A stretch of DNA of 64,000 bases from Tubulanus polymorphus (lineage: Eukaryota; Animalia; Nemertea): assembly GCF_964204645.1 (NCBI RefSeq), contig NC_134027.1, positions 22,716,560 through 22,780,559 of the forward strand, given 5' to 3'. Each line of letters starts with the position of its first letter. Position 1 is the first letter of the stretch. Below the pieces are notes generated by a model. It saw only the letters and a program-made list of their open reading frames with translations. It was not told the DNA's origin and did no database searches. The translations under genes and the position numbers were made by a program. Positions 63,761-64,000 of this stretch are shown here, piece after piece.

Positions 63761-64000
63761 CACACGTTAGATACTTCATTACAATTCTTACAATTTTTGG
63801 TTGGCCAAACTTCAGGAGTGTTCAAGACTTCACCTTAGATAGGTAGTGGGTGGAATAAGTGCAAAACTCGGCTGTTTAACCCAGAAGATCGTGGTACAAA
63901 GATCACCTTGGGCATGGAATTACCACGGGGTGGTAGGAAACAAATGATTAGCGAGATACAAGCGATATTACCCCTTACGTTTATAATGTGGCAGATTTCT

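Overview
Eukaryotic, intron-rich genomic DNA, probably from an invertebrate animal; the taxon cannot be fixed from sequence alone. It holds two protein-coding genes arranged head-to-head. One is a complete 4-exon ZNRF1/2-type RING-H2 E3 ligase on the minus strand (CDS 10507->6615, 264 aa). The other is the first 14 coding exons (506 codons) of a CMIP (c-Maf-inducing protein) orthologue on the plus strand (13747->63416), which continues past the window. All exon boundaries were read by eye as GT-AG with consistent phases. Introns and intergenic DNA are filled with non-autonomous elements (piggyBac-, hAT- and Harbinger-like MITEs, tRNA-headed SINEs, LINE 3' ends, a 1.9 kb foldback element) and tandem repeats. 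Two unannotated patterns stand out. First, Penelope-type minimal hammerhead-ribozyme motifs occur at four loci in CMIP introns, one of them a 46-bp tandem array of hammerhead-like units. Second, two dispersed minisatellite families (39 bp and 49 bp) have units that match the terminal inverted repeats of MITEs present in the same window. Homology calls come from recalled family sequences, not database searches, and repeat boundaries are approximate.
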